DNA of 34,534 nt from a virus (taxonomy: Duplodnaviria; Caudoviricetes), in the IMG/VR virus record IMGVR_UViG_3300010366_000031, positions 1 to 34,534 of that record. One strand, given 5' to 3'. Under the pieces are notes generated by a model, which saw only the letters and a program-made list of their open reading frames with translations, was not told the origin of the DNA and did no database searches. Within the stretch, counting starts at the first letter, position 1; each line of letters opens with the position of its first letter. Made by a program: the position numbers and the translations under genes. Positions 1 through 7,254 of the stretch are shown here, piece by piece.

Positions 1-127
1 ATTGGCGCTATGTCCGACTCGTAAAAAGTTGGTCATCGATTGCCGCGCGCTGATCATCGATGCACCGATCACGCGCGTCGATCGGCCGAGCGCGTGCTTG
101 CGTGACGGCTGTCCATACGTGCACGCA

Positions 128-295
128 CTACTGATCGGCGCCCGCCGCTTTCTCCCTGGCCTTGCGGCGCACGGCGATCGTTCTCTCGATCAGTGCGGCA
201 TCGTAGCCGAACAATGCGAGCGCGCGTCGCACCTCGTCATCCGGCCACTCGATCCGACGAGGTAGCTTATCGGGACCTTTGCCTTTATCAATCAT
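128..295 (-). CDS. Small hypothetical protein, 55 aa (not in ORF track)
   Basis: Translated by hand: GGGAGG SD 7 nt before ATG at 295; MIDKGKGPDKLPRRIEWPDDEVRRALALFGYDAALIERTIAVRRKAREKAAGADQ, TAG at 130-128. Confidence 0.7.
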   Translation of the reverse strand: MIDKGKGPDKLPRRIEWPDDEVRRALALFGYDAALIERTIAVRRKAREKAAGADQ

Positions 296-324
296 CGGCT
301 CGCCTCCCTACGATGCGCATGGAT

Positions 325-455
325 GCCGGTACCCGTGACCGTGTGCGGTTGTGGATGGAGGCTCACGGGTACCGGCGGCACGTACGGGTGGGGATTGGCT
401 CTGACCGGTGGCGCCCGAGTCCGACGATTCGCCACTGGTGACACCCACCCGCACG
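325..455 (-). promoter_or_regulatory. Structured 5' leader or ncRNA with two large stem-loops
   Basis: Perfect 14-bp IR GCCGGTACCCGTGA (325-338) / TCACGGGTACCGGC (363-376); nested stems CGGGTGGG/CCCACCCG and ACCGGTGGCG/CGCCACTGGT in 381-455. Confidence 0.55.
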
Positions 456-497
456 GCTCTGTCGTTGAGCATGGCGATGTACCACCGACCCAAGCGA

Positions 498-546
498 TGA
501 CACCATAGGCGACATCCTGACGACATCTGGTGATACACTCGCAACC
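498..546. promoter_or_regulatory. Divergent promoter region with heptamer repeats; likely leaderless promoter for the XRE gene
   Basis: TGACACC (498), CGACATC (510), CGACATC (521) at 11-12 bp spacing; extended -10 TGA-TACACT (531-539) 7 nt before ATG 547, with no SD. Confidence 0.55.
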
Positions 547-1269
547 ATGAGTACTCCCACCGCAGCAAAGTTGAGGAACGCTCGCATTGGTCTTGGCTTG
601 AGTCAGGACGAGCTTGCCGCTCTGCTACGCCAGCATGGCGTTCCTAGTGCGAGCAAGAGGCATGTACAACGATTGGAGTCCGGGAAGGTTGCGCCCGGAC
701 GCCACTACGTTCGCGCTCTGGCCGCCACACTGGGCGTGACACCCGATGACGTGGGTGCGCCCGTGGTCGAGGATGGTGATGGCGCACGGCACGTCCGCGC
801 ATGGGCACCGTTCACACCGCCACCAGAGAGCGAGACGTCTACATCGGACGGACGGCTACCAGGGCTGTGGCTATCGCGCTACCAGTACTGGTCGACTGGA
901 CGTCAAGGCTTGTACATCAGTCAGTACCACGTGATCGTGTCGCACGTGGGTCACGCGGTCACCGTTGAGTCAGTGCCGCATGAGGTAGCGCCATGGCTAC
1001 GGCTTCATCTCGTGGTGGAGGGCAACATCCTGACCGGCACATGGGACGAGCACACTAGCCACAGTGGACACTACCTCGGCGAGCGTCGGTGGGGCGCGCT
1101 ACAACTCCTCATGACACCATCGCACCGGTACATGTACGGCAAGTGGGTCGGTTGGGGAAGCGGCGAGCGCATCAATTCCGGACCATGGGAGTTGACGTGG
1201 ATCTCTGCCGACACCTCAGTGGACGCGGTCGAGCCGTACGCCCGAGCATTGGAGGATGAGCCAGCGTGA
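547..1269 (+). CDS. XRE-family HTH regulator with C-terminal beta-barrel domain
   Basis: LRNARIGLGLSQDELAALL...VQRLESG HTH; C-terminal beta-rich domain LPGLWLSRY...LTGTWDE...GALQL...GKWVG...SGPWEL. Confidence 0.85.
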   Translation: MSTPTAAKLRNARIGLGLSQDELAALLRQHGVPSASKRHVQRLESGKVAPGRHYVRALAATLGVTPDDVGAPVVEDGDGARHVRAWAPFTPPPESETSTSDGRLPGLWLSRYQYWSTGRQGLYISQYHVIVSHVGHAVTVESVPHEVAPWLRLHLVVEGNILTGTWDEHTSHSGHYLGERRWGALQLLMTPSHRYMYGKWVGWGSGERINSGPWELTWISADTSVDAVEPYARALEDEPA

Positions 1270-1529
1270 GAGTGCAGCTCATGGTGACGGTGAAGCTAGA
1301 CCCGGACATGTGGGTTGCGTGGGCCGGCTCGACGTTGCCGAACGATTCCGTGTCAGCGATCGAGCGCAGTATCCAAGCGGAGATACACCAACACTTGGAA
1401 CGGCTCGGCGCGTTCAGGGCCACGGAAGCCACGGTGAGCGTTGATCCCACGCCACGACAGACCGAGCCACTCACGGTCATGACGCTGCCCCAGAAGCCAC
1501 TACGGGACCCTAAACGGGATCGTCGGTAG
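1266..1529 (+). CDS. Hypothetical protein
   Basis: GTGA overlap with the upstream stop; 87 aa. Confidence 0.7.
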   Translation: MRVQLMVTVKLDPDMWVAWAGSTLPNDSVSAIERSIQAEIHQHLERLGAFRATEATVSVDPTPRQTEPLTVMTLPQKPLRDPKRDRR

Positions 1530-1917
1530 TCGCGTTCTCCCGTGTGGCGTACACCTCAGCGATCGCTATATCGACCAAACGCGGTTCGAACCAAGCGCGG
1601 ACGAGGCGTGACCAGCCGTCCGGCGTCAAGTGCGGTTGCACCGCGCCGGTTGCGTACCTCGACAGCGCTTGCTGCGTGCGGATGTCGAGGTAGGCGCACA
1701 GTGCCTCTTGTACCGGATGCTTATGACCGCCATGGCGCTCGTGGATGCGTCGGATGACGTCGCACGGGTCGCCTAGGTCTTCCAGGCGCACCAGTCCGTA
1801 CGTCGGTACCGCAACGTCCAATGTAGGGGGTCCGATGGTGTCGAGCGCGGCCGTGATGAGCAACCAAGCGCCGTTAGCGTGACCGTACAGCGACCGGTAC
1901 GTCTGCTCATCCGTCAT
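1510..1917 (-). CDS. Hypothetical protein
   Basis: Last gene of a tightly packed minus-strand run; start placed at MTDEQ, overlapping the upstream gene end. Confidence 0.65.
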   Translation of the reverse strand: MTDEQTYRSLYGHANGAWLLITAALDTIGPPTLDVAVPTYGLVRLEDLGDPCDVIRRIHERHGGHKHPVQEALCAYLDIRTQQALSRYATGAVQPHLTPDGWSRLVRAWFEPRLVDIAIAEVYATRENATTDDPV

Positions 1918-2149
1918 TGGGTCTGTCCAGTCGGTACACCCGATCATCGCCGTATGGCCGCTTGCGCTGCGGATGCACCGTCAACGCACACGTGCAACCG
2001 TCTATCGGCGACCATGACGGACACACATCGCGGTAGTCGCTGCGGTGGCCGCACGGCACCAGCACCAACGGCCCAATGCCCTCCACTGCGCCGTTCACCC
2101 ACCGTCCACACTCGACACACTTCTTGTACGGGTCCGCGAACATCACCAT
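1907..2149 (-). CDS. Small Cys-rich hypothetical protein
   Basis: TGATG coupling at 2149; CVEC, PCGH and CPSWSPIDGCTC motifs. Confidence 0.7.
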   Translation of the reverse strand: MVMFADPYKKCVECGRWVNGAVEGIGPLVLVPCGHRSDYRDVCPSWSPIDGCTCALTVHPQRKRPYGDDRVYRLDRPNDG

Positions 2150-2586
2150 CAGACCGACCCCTGTCCCTGCGTGAAGTCGGGCAGTGCGCGCGTACCGTCG
2201 AGACGTCCCCACAAGTGAAGCGCGAACTCGTGGATGTTCACGTGCTCCGCCTTAGGTACGAACACCTGGTACGCGTGCGCGTCGCCGAACACGGCGCGGT
2301 GCAACAGTTTCAACTCGTCATAGCTCGGTATCGTCCGGTCGTAGCGGGCGATGGATGCGTGTATCCAGTCGTGGCCGTCATCCTGCGGACCGACACTGAC
2401 CACAATGGACGCCATCCCATCCTTGCGCATGAACGTGTAGCCGTCCGGCTCGTAGGGTTCAGGTGGCTTCCACTCCGCACGGCCGAGCCGGCGTCGGATC
2501 GCTAGGCCATTGAGTGATTGCGGCCCGATCGGTTCACGCCAACCGACACGGCGCCGTAGGTCCGTCACTTTGGGACTAGGACGCAT
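2149..2586 (-). CDS. Conserved phage protein (DUF7694-like, from memory)
   Basis: WIHASIA...PSYDEL...AYQVFVP...HVNIHEFALHLW pattern; start position uncertain. Confidence 0.75.
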   Translation of the reverse strand: MRPSPKVTDLRRRVGWREPIGPQSLNGLAIRRRLGRAEWKPPEPYEPDGYTFMRKDGMASIVVSVGPQDDGHDWIHASIARYDRTIPSYDELKLLHRAVFGDAHAYQVFVPKAEHVNIHEFALHLWGRLDGTRALPDFTQGQGSV

Positions 2587-3079
2587 GTGGCCACACTCCG
2601 AACGGATGAGTCGCGTCGATGCGACCACGAGCGGCCACCCGCTCGGCCAGCAGTCGCCGGTACAGCTCCACGAGCGCGGCCCGCTGAGACTGCCGTACGT
2701 GTAGCGGTAGCTCGGCCAACGCGCGTCCAGTCAGGCCGTACAGATCACCACCATCGAAGCACGCGGCGCAGTCACCACACATCGCCCAGAACGAACCGGA
2801 GTTGTCCGGACCATCGACGATCGGCGCGCGCGTGCGATACATCCATTGTGGACCGCTGGCCGAGCGGATGTCACAGCGCATATGAACGCCGGTCAGCACG
2901 TACAGCGGTACCGGGTCAGGCTCGTGGTCGGTAGCGACCAGGTAGCCGCACCGGATGTTGGCCACCGTGTGGCGGTACCGGCGTCTGCCGTACCTATCCG
3001 CGATCGTATCCAGCGCCGTGCGACGTCGCTGGCAGTACATCGACACTCGTTCCTCATCGCCTGCGTCCATCGTGGACAT
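2576..3079 (-). CDS. Hypothetical protein with degenerate Zn-binding motifs
   Basis: Starts just after the upstream stop (3084); CQRR, HEPDPVP, CDIRS and WAMCGDC motifs. Confidence 0.7.
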   Translation of the reverse strand: MSTMDAGDEERVSMYCQRRRTALDTIADRYGRRRYRHTVANIRCGYLVATDHEPDPVPLYVLTGVHMRCDIRSASGPQWMYRTRAPIVDGPDNSGSFWAMCGDCAACFDGGDLYGLTGRALAELPLHVRQSQRAALVELYRRLLAERVAARGRIDATHPFGVWPHAS

Positions 3080-3083
3080 GACA

Positions 3084-3635
3084 TCACTCCGACTGTTCTG
3101 AAAGCGTGTCGAGCACAACTTGATAGTCAACGCATAGCTTGCGCAGGATCCGATACACGCGGGTGGCTCGTAGCTGTGGCGCTAGGAAGTCATAGACGCT
3201 CACCTCTCGAGTACGCCGGCGTTCCATTACACCCATCGTCAGGCCATCGCTCAGCATGCCAACCGTCGAGCGGCCGGTTTCCCTGCGTGGGTGAACCGAT
3301 GGCGACACCTCTCGCAGCTCATCGTCGCTCATGTCGTTGACGTACCACGATTCCACCGACAGCGTGAATCCGGCCCACGTGCGACCCTCCGTGGCCAGCC
3401 CAGCGATCGTCAGAGATACGCCTAGAGGATTGGGTACCAGGTGCACCAGCGTCGCCAATGGATCGCCACCCCAAGGGATGCCACCCAACTCATGCAGGTC
3501 GAACCCTGGCCGCTCGCGTCGCACGATCATCTGTAGGGCCGGATTGGGACTGTCGTCCGTGGACCAACCGAACCGCCGCCTGGCTTGAGCGTGCGCGCGT
3601 TGCGTCACGCGGCTGAGATGGTCTGACTCGCCCAT
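3084..3635 (-). CDS. Hypothetical protein
   Basis: 183-aa ORF with GGTGA SD-like sequence; first gene after the structured intergenic region. Confidence 0.75.
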   Translation of the reverse strand: MGESDHLSRVTQRAHAQARRRFGWSTDDSPNPALQMIVRRERPGFDLHELGGIPWGGDPLATLVHLVPNPLGVSLTIAGLATEGRTWAGFTLSVESWYVNDMSDDELREVSPSVHPRRETGRSTVGMLSDGLTMGVMERRRTREVSVYDFLAPQLRATRVYRILRKLCVDYQVVLDTLSEQSE

Positions 3636-3661
3636 GAGTCACCACGATTCTGTCTAGTGTG

Positions 3662-3833
3662 GACAGCCGCTCTGACCTCCGTCGGTCAGCAGGTATCTCG
3701 GGGAGGCGATCAGAGCGGCTGTCTGAGCTATGCAAGGTCACCGATACGGCTACCGTCTAGGCCTCACCCCCAATCAGCTCATGGGTGGCCTAGGGTCCGG
3801 CGCTCCCAACGTGCGCCCCCGGGAGCGCCGGAC
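3662..3833. other. Three tandem stem-loops (terminator plus possible structured RNA)
   Basis: 14-bp IR 3662-3675/3710-3723; bulged IR 3757-3769/3783-3793; 13-bp IR 3795-3807/3821-3833 just past the stop at 3839. Confidence 0.7.
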
Positions 3834-3838
3834 GTCTC

Positions 3839-4054
3839 CTAGTTCATACGCCAAGCTGCACTCGCATACACCCATTGGAGGAACGTGGGTGCGCGCTTGC
3901 GATGTCCACAATGGATACATGCGATGTAGACGATGAGGAACACTTCCCGGCCATGAGTCGGACAGTCCGTCTCTGTCTGATCGTACTGAAGATCCACTTG
4001 AATCAGTGCCTCGCCGCAACTCAAGCACTCCACGTCAGTCGTCGGCAACTCCAT
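3839..4054 (-). CDS. Small Zn-ribbon protein
   Basis: CLSC, CPTH and CIHC motifs in 71 aa. Confidence 0.65.
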   Translation of the reverse strand: MELPTTDVECLSCGEALIQVDLQYDQTETDCPTHGREVFLIVYIACIHCGHRKRAPTFLQWVYASAAWRMN

Positions 4055-4262
4055 AGGGACCCATCCTAGGTGTTAGTCCTATCTGGATAGATGCCGCCGT
4101 GATGTCAGACTCCCGGTACCGCTTGCCGTCCGGCGTCGTGACCGCTCTCAGCCAACCCTTGCGACGCCACTTCGCTACCGTGTTGAGCCTCACCCCGAAT
4201 TGGCGCGCCACTTGGCTCGCGCTCAGCAGTGCGTCACCTTCCCTTGCGTCCGGCTCGCTCAC
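4035..4262 (-). CDS. MerR-like / BldC-like winged-HTH DNA-binding protein
   Basis: LLSASQVARQFGVRLNTVAKWRRKGWLRAVTTPDGKRYRESDI matches the BldC/excisionase HTH pattern. Confidence 0.85.
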   Translation of the reverse strand: MSEPDAREGDALLSASQVARQFGVRLNTVAKWRRKGWLRAVTTPDGKRYRESDITAASIQIGLTPRMGPYGVADD

Positions 4263-4456
4263 GGGGGGTCCGTCCGTCGCCGGTAGCGCGCTGCACTCAG
4301 CGCCCGGACCATGCGTGCGCCGCTACAGTCGCCCAACTGCACGCATCCTAGGATCTGTCCGCACAGTAGTAAGAGGTTGTCACCGCACCGGGGACACGTC
4401 TCAATGACCGCCGTCCGGTAATCCCCTATGGACGGTGGAGGGTACACGCGCCTCAT
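4259..4456 (-). CDS. Small Cys-rich hypothetical protein
   Basis: ATGA overlap with the stop at 4453; CPRCG motif; GTGA overlap with the next gene. Confidence 0.6.
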   Translation of the reverse strand: MRRVYPPPSIGDYRTAVIETCPRCGDNLLLLCGQILGCVQLGDCSGARMVRALSAARYRRRTDPP

Positions 4457-5664
4457 TCGGTACCCCACTTGGCGACCATCGGAAACGGTGTCGCGCCACG
4501 CTTCCAATGCAAGCGTGTCACGCGGTTACCGGCTACATGGTTGTTCCACGCCAGGATGAACACGGCCAGTTGCTCGTATCGGTGTGGAGCGACAGCGCCG
4601 GGGCGACGCACGTTGTTTGCCCAGTCGTGCAACGCTTGCCGCGCGTCGCCGTACTTGAGATCGGCGCCGGTCATCAGACCATGAAGGTACTCCGACACGT
4701 ACTCTTGGTCCGCTGTGGAGTGACGCAGGATGTAGATGCCAGCGGACACGATCGGCGAGGCAATGCGCAGCTTGTGACCGGACACGCGACCCGAACCAAC
4801 GACCCGGTCCGCCTCGTGTTGCGCACCCTGGAAACCGTCAGGATCCTCATCGTAGGCCGCGAGAAGCTCGTCATTGTCGGGACGGAACGAGTCCCACATT
4901 GCGTAGGGTCGTTTGTGCATCGCCACCATGCGAACGGCGGCGGCCGATCGGTTGGCATTCCTGACACCCGCGATAGAGAACGTGTCGCCCGCCGTGCGGT
5001 ACGCGCCCCGACCAACGACATGCCGGGTGGCCGGATCCATACCGACGAATACCCAGAAGTGGGCGCCGATACCTGTCTCCACAATCGACCTAAGCCGGTT
5101 CCCACCGTCAAGCAGGATGGCATCGGTATCGAACGCGAACGCCTCGTGTGTCAACAGCATGCGTCCCTCGCGGAGTGCACGGGTGACCATCCTCTTTGTC
5201 GATACCTTTGGTGGCCGGTTCAGCGTGTCATGGCTGAGCATCTTCTCCGCGAGCGCGGCATCGATGAATCCGCATCGCACGGCCGGCGCCGGATGCTTGG
5301 CGAGCAACCAGTCCGCATCGAACCCCTCAACCGCATACTCACCCTGCGCCTTAATCAGTGCGCGCGAGCGTTCCTCGGTGAGCTTGGTACGCCGTCGATT
5401 GGTTGCCTCATCTTCAGCGATGGCGCGCTGTCGATCGCGTTCCGCGCGTTCCTCGAAAGCCTTCTCTGCCTCGATGAATCCAAGCTTGGCCAGGCGCGCC
5501 GTTACCACGTGCTCAGTGTTGACATCACTTGGCGTCGAATGGATGGTAGTGAATCGGCCGCTCGGCGCGGTGATGCGCCACCCGTCGCCAGCGCGAGTCA
5601 CAGACCAACCGATGCGTTTCGCTCGAGCGATTACCTCTGACCCGAAAGTCTTCCGTCCGCTCAT
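4453..5664 (-). CDS. HicA-like domain / coiled coil / ParB-like domain fusion protein
   Basis: N-term GWSVTRAGDGWRITAPSGRFTTIHSTPSD...LAKLGF; charged helical linker; AEKMLSHDTLNRP...FDTDAILLDGGNRLRSIVETG ParB-like core. Confidence 0.8.
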   Translation of the reverse strand: MSGRKTFGSEVIARAKRIGWSVTRAGDGWRITAPSGRFTTIHSTPSDVNTEHVVTARLAKLGFIEAEKAFEERAERDRQRAIAEDEATNRRRTKLTEERSRALIKAQGEYAVEGFDADWLLAKHPAPAVRCGFIDAALAEKMLSHDTLNRPPKVSTKRMVTRALREGRMLLTHEAFAFDTDAILLDGGNRLRSIVETGIGAHFWVFVGMDPATRHVVGRGAYRTAGDTFSIAGVRNANRSAAAVRMVAMHKRPYAMWDSFRPDNDELLAAYDEDPDGFQGAQHEADRVVGSGRVSGHKLRIASPIVSAGIYILRHSTADQEYVSEYLHGLMTGADLKYGDARQALHDWANNVRRPGAVAPHRYEQLAVFILAWNNHVAGNRVTRLHWKRGATPFPMVAKWGTE

Positions 5665-5915
5665 GGTTCCTTCCCTTCCTTGCGTCGCTCACGACGTCGG
5701 AGGCCTTCCAGCCTCAACCACTCTTGTTCGTCGATGCCCGTTACCTCAGCCAACCGTCGAACCACGGCGCTACCCAAAGCGCCATGACGATCGTGGATGA
5801 TCCTTGAGACGTACTGTCGGCTGATGCCTGCCGTCCGGGCGAACTGTGCGGCGCTTACGTCATTGGCATGTATCCACGCCCGTAGCCGCTCCCCAGGGTT
5901 GTGATACTTGGCGAT
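5661..5915 (-). CDS. HigA-like XRE HTH protein with non-canonical ATC start (not in ORF track)
   Basis: Open frame IAKYHNPGERLRAWIHANDVSAAQFARTAGISRQYVSRIIHDRHGALGSAVVRRLAEVTGIDEQEWLRLEGLRRRERRKEGKEP; SD AAGGGAG 8 nt before ATC; in-frame TGA at 5921-5919; stop overlaps the next ATG. Confidence 0.8.
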   Translation of the reverse strand: MAKYHNPGERLRAWIHANDVSAAQFARTAGISRQYVSRIIHDRHGALGSAVVRRLAEVTGIDEQEWLRLEGLRRRERRKEGKEP

Positions 5916-5951
5916 CCGTCACGCTCCCTTCGCAGTGCCTCCCTTCCGTTC

Positions 5952-6022
5952 CGTCCAACCGCGTAACGTACGTTGGACGCGAAGTGTCGCCGAGCGTAAC
6001 TCCGATGTGCACAGTTAGACAA
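5952..6022 (-). promoter_or_regulatory. Putative promoter and palindromic operator or hairpin
   Basis: TTGTCT (6022-6017)-N18-TACGCT (5998-5993); IR CGTCCAAC-N12-GTTGGACG at 5952-5979. Confidence 0.5.
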
Positions 6023-6048
6023 GCCTCGTCAGACGTTTTCATGGTTCG

Positions 6049-6384
6049 TCATTTGGATATGTATGCACGGAGCAACGGCAGCAAGAGATCCAGAGACGTT
6101 GTGACGTACCAATCGCCAGCTTTTCCCTTGCCACGGCGCTTGTGGACGACGACGCCGGTAGCGTGCGGACTCCGGCCAACCATGGCGATCATCTCGTCAA
6201 CCCATGCCGCTAGATCCATTCGTAGATGGTTCTTGACGCTGAAAACCATTGGCAATCCAGCGACATCGCCGGTATCCGTGGCCTGGTGCGATGTCGTACG
6301 CGGTCGGTAGACGTTGCCCAGCTCGGCCAGTGCGGCCACTACGGCGGCCTCGGCTACGTAGCCCTTGCGTATCTCGTGGCTCAT
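6049..6384 (-). CDS. Holliday junction resolvase (Hjc-like PD-(D/E)xK)
   Basis: KGYVAEAAV...DTGDVAG...SVKN...VVVHKRRGKG...WYV; start at MSHE with ATGA overlap. Confidence 0.85.
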   Translation of the reverse strand: MSHEIRKGYVAEAAVVAALAELGNVYRPRTTSHQATDTGDVAGLPMVFSVKNHLRMDLAAWVDEMIAMVGRSPHATGVVVHKRRGKGKAGDWYVTTSLDLLLPLLRAYISK

Positions 6385-6581
6385 GAGTGCGCTCCGCAGT
6401 ACCGACACTCGTGGATGATGTGCGCGCCCCGATGCCCGCACCGGTGCTGCCGGTACGGAGTGGATTCGTCAACCACGAGGCGACTGTCCCGTGATCTCCA
6501 CGTTGCCTCACACATGGGACCGCGAACGACGTCCGCCAGTGTGTCAACAATGGACACTGCTCGATGCCGCGGTTTGGTCAT
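6381..6581 (-). CDS. Small Cys/His-rich protein
   Basis: HRCGHRGAHIIHECRYCG; coupled overlaps at both ends. Confidence 0.7.
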   Translation of the reverse strand: MTKPRHRAVSIVDTLADVVRGPMCEATWRSRDSRLVVDESTPYRQHRCGHRGAHIIHECRYCGAHS

Positions 6582-6835
6582 AGTCCAAGCTCCTCAACGG
6601 CGATCGCCGACCACCGCAGGTCACGCACGATGCGCGAGAGCACCTGTAGTGGCATGCCTACGAACGCAAAGCGGTTGTCGGGTAGACGTATCAACGCGAC
6701 AGCGAGCGCGCGTCCGGTTGAGTCACGGGTCAGGCCAACGCGCTCCACCCGCCCGTCCATGGTGTTCGGTGAGCCAAGCTCCCACCACGGTTGAGTCCAT
6801 AGATCTTTCGTTACGCGGACCATGGTCGTACTCAT
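6578..6835 (-). CDS. Hypothetical protein
   Basis: ATGA-type overlaps at both ends. Confidence 0.7.
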   Translation of the reverse strand: MSTTMVRVTKDLWTQPWWELGSPNTMDGRVERVGLTRDSTGRALAVALIRLPDNRFAFVGMPLQVLSRIVRDLRWSAIAVEELGL

Positions 6836-7254
6836 CGACGTTCCTCACACTCTTGACAGACCGCATAGGCGTCCGGTCCATAGGCTTTGATCAGGTGGCC
6901 GCATCGTGCGCACGGGCCGGCGTCCGGCTGGATTCCCCAACCGCGCAACCACACGTGCTCGCGGCTGACCAGGAAACGGCCCAGGAACACGCGCTTGGTC
7001 CACTGCGGGTACTCACCCCGCCGGTACCGCGTTGGTGGCTCTGGAACCTCTACAGAGGCACCAGGGAACGCCGCCGTAACGATGTCGCGAGCGACGCGCA
7101 TACCGGCCGGACTGAGCGGCCAGTCAGGCACCCAATGATCCATACAACGCCCACGTGTACGTTGGCGCGGCGCTCGCCAGAACGTGAGCGAGCCGCACGT
7201 ATCGCATGGCACCGCGACCGCCAGCAGTACCGGCTCCACCGTGGCGAGGCTCAC
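6832..7254 (-). CDS. Hypothetical Zn-finger protein
   Basis: GTGA overlap with the primase stop; CDTC...CMDH and CARC...CQEC motifs. Confidence 0.7.
   Translation of the reverse strand: MSLATVEPVLLAVAVPCDTCGSLTFWRAPRQRTRGRCMDHWVPDWPLSPAGMRVARDIVTAAFPGASVEVPEPPTRYRRGEYPQWTKRVFLGRFLVSREHVWLRGWGIQPDAGPCARCGHLIKAYGPDAYAVCQECEERR

Noticed and set aside
325-3833. tRNA genes in the hairpin-rich regions (325-455 and 3662-3833)
   Set aside because: No cloverleaf, no T-loop GTTCRA in the right context and no CCA end.
4435-5800. Long plus-strand ORFs (401 aa and 295 aa)
   Set aside because: Antisense shadows of the HicA/ParB-like gene in high-GC DNA, with no motifs. The same applies to 6226-7278 and other long antisense ORFs.
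5860-6042. 60-aa minus-strand ORF in the track
   Set aside because: It overlaps the promoter, the palindrome and the much more protein-like HTH frame at 5661-5915; probably spurious.
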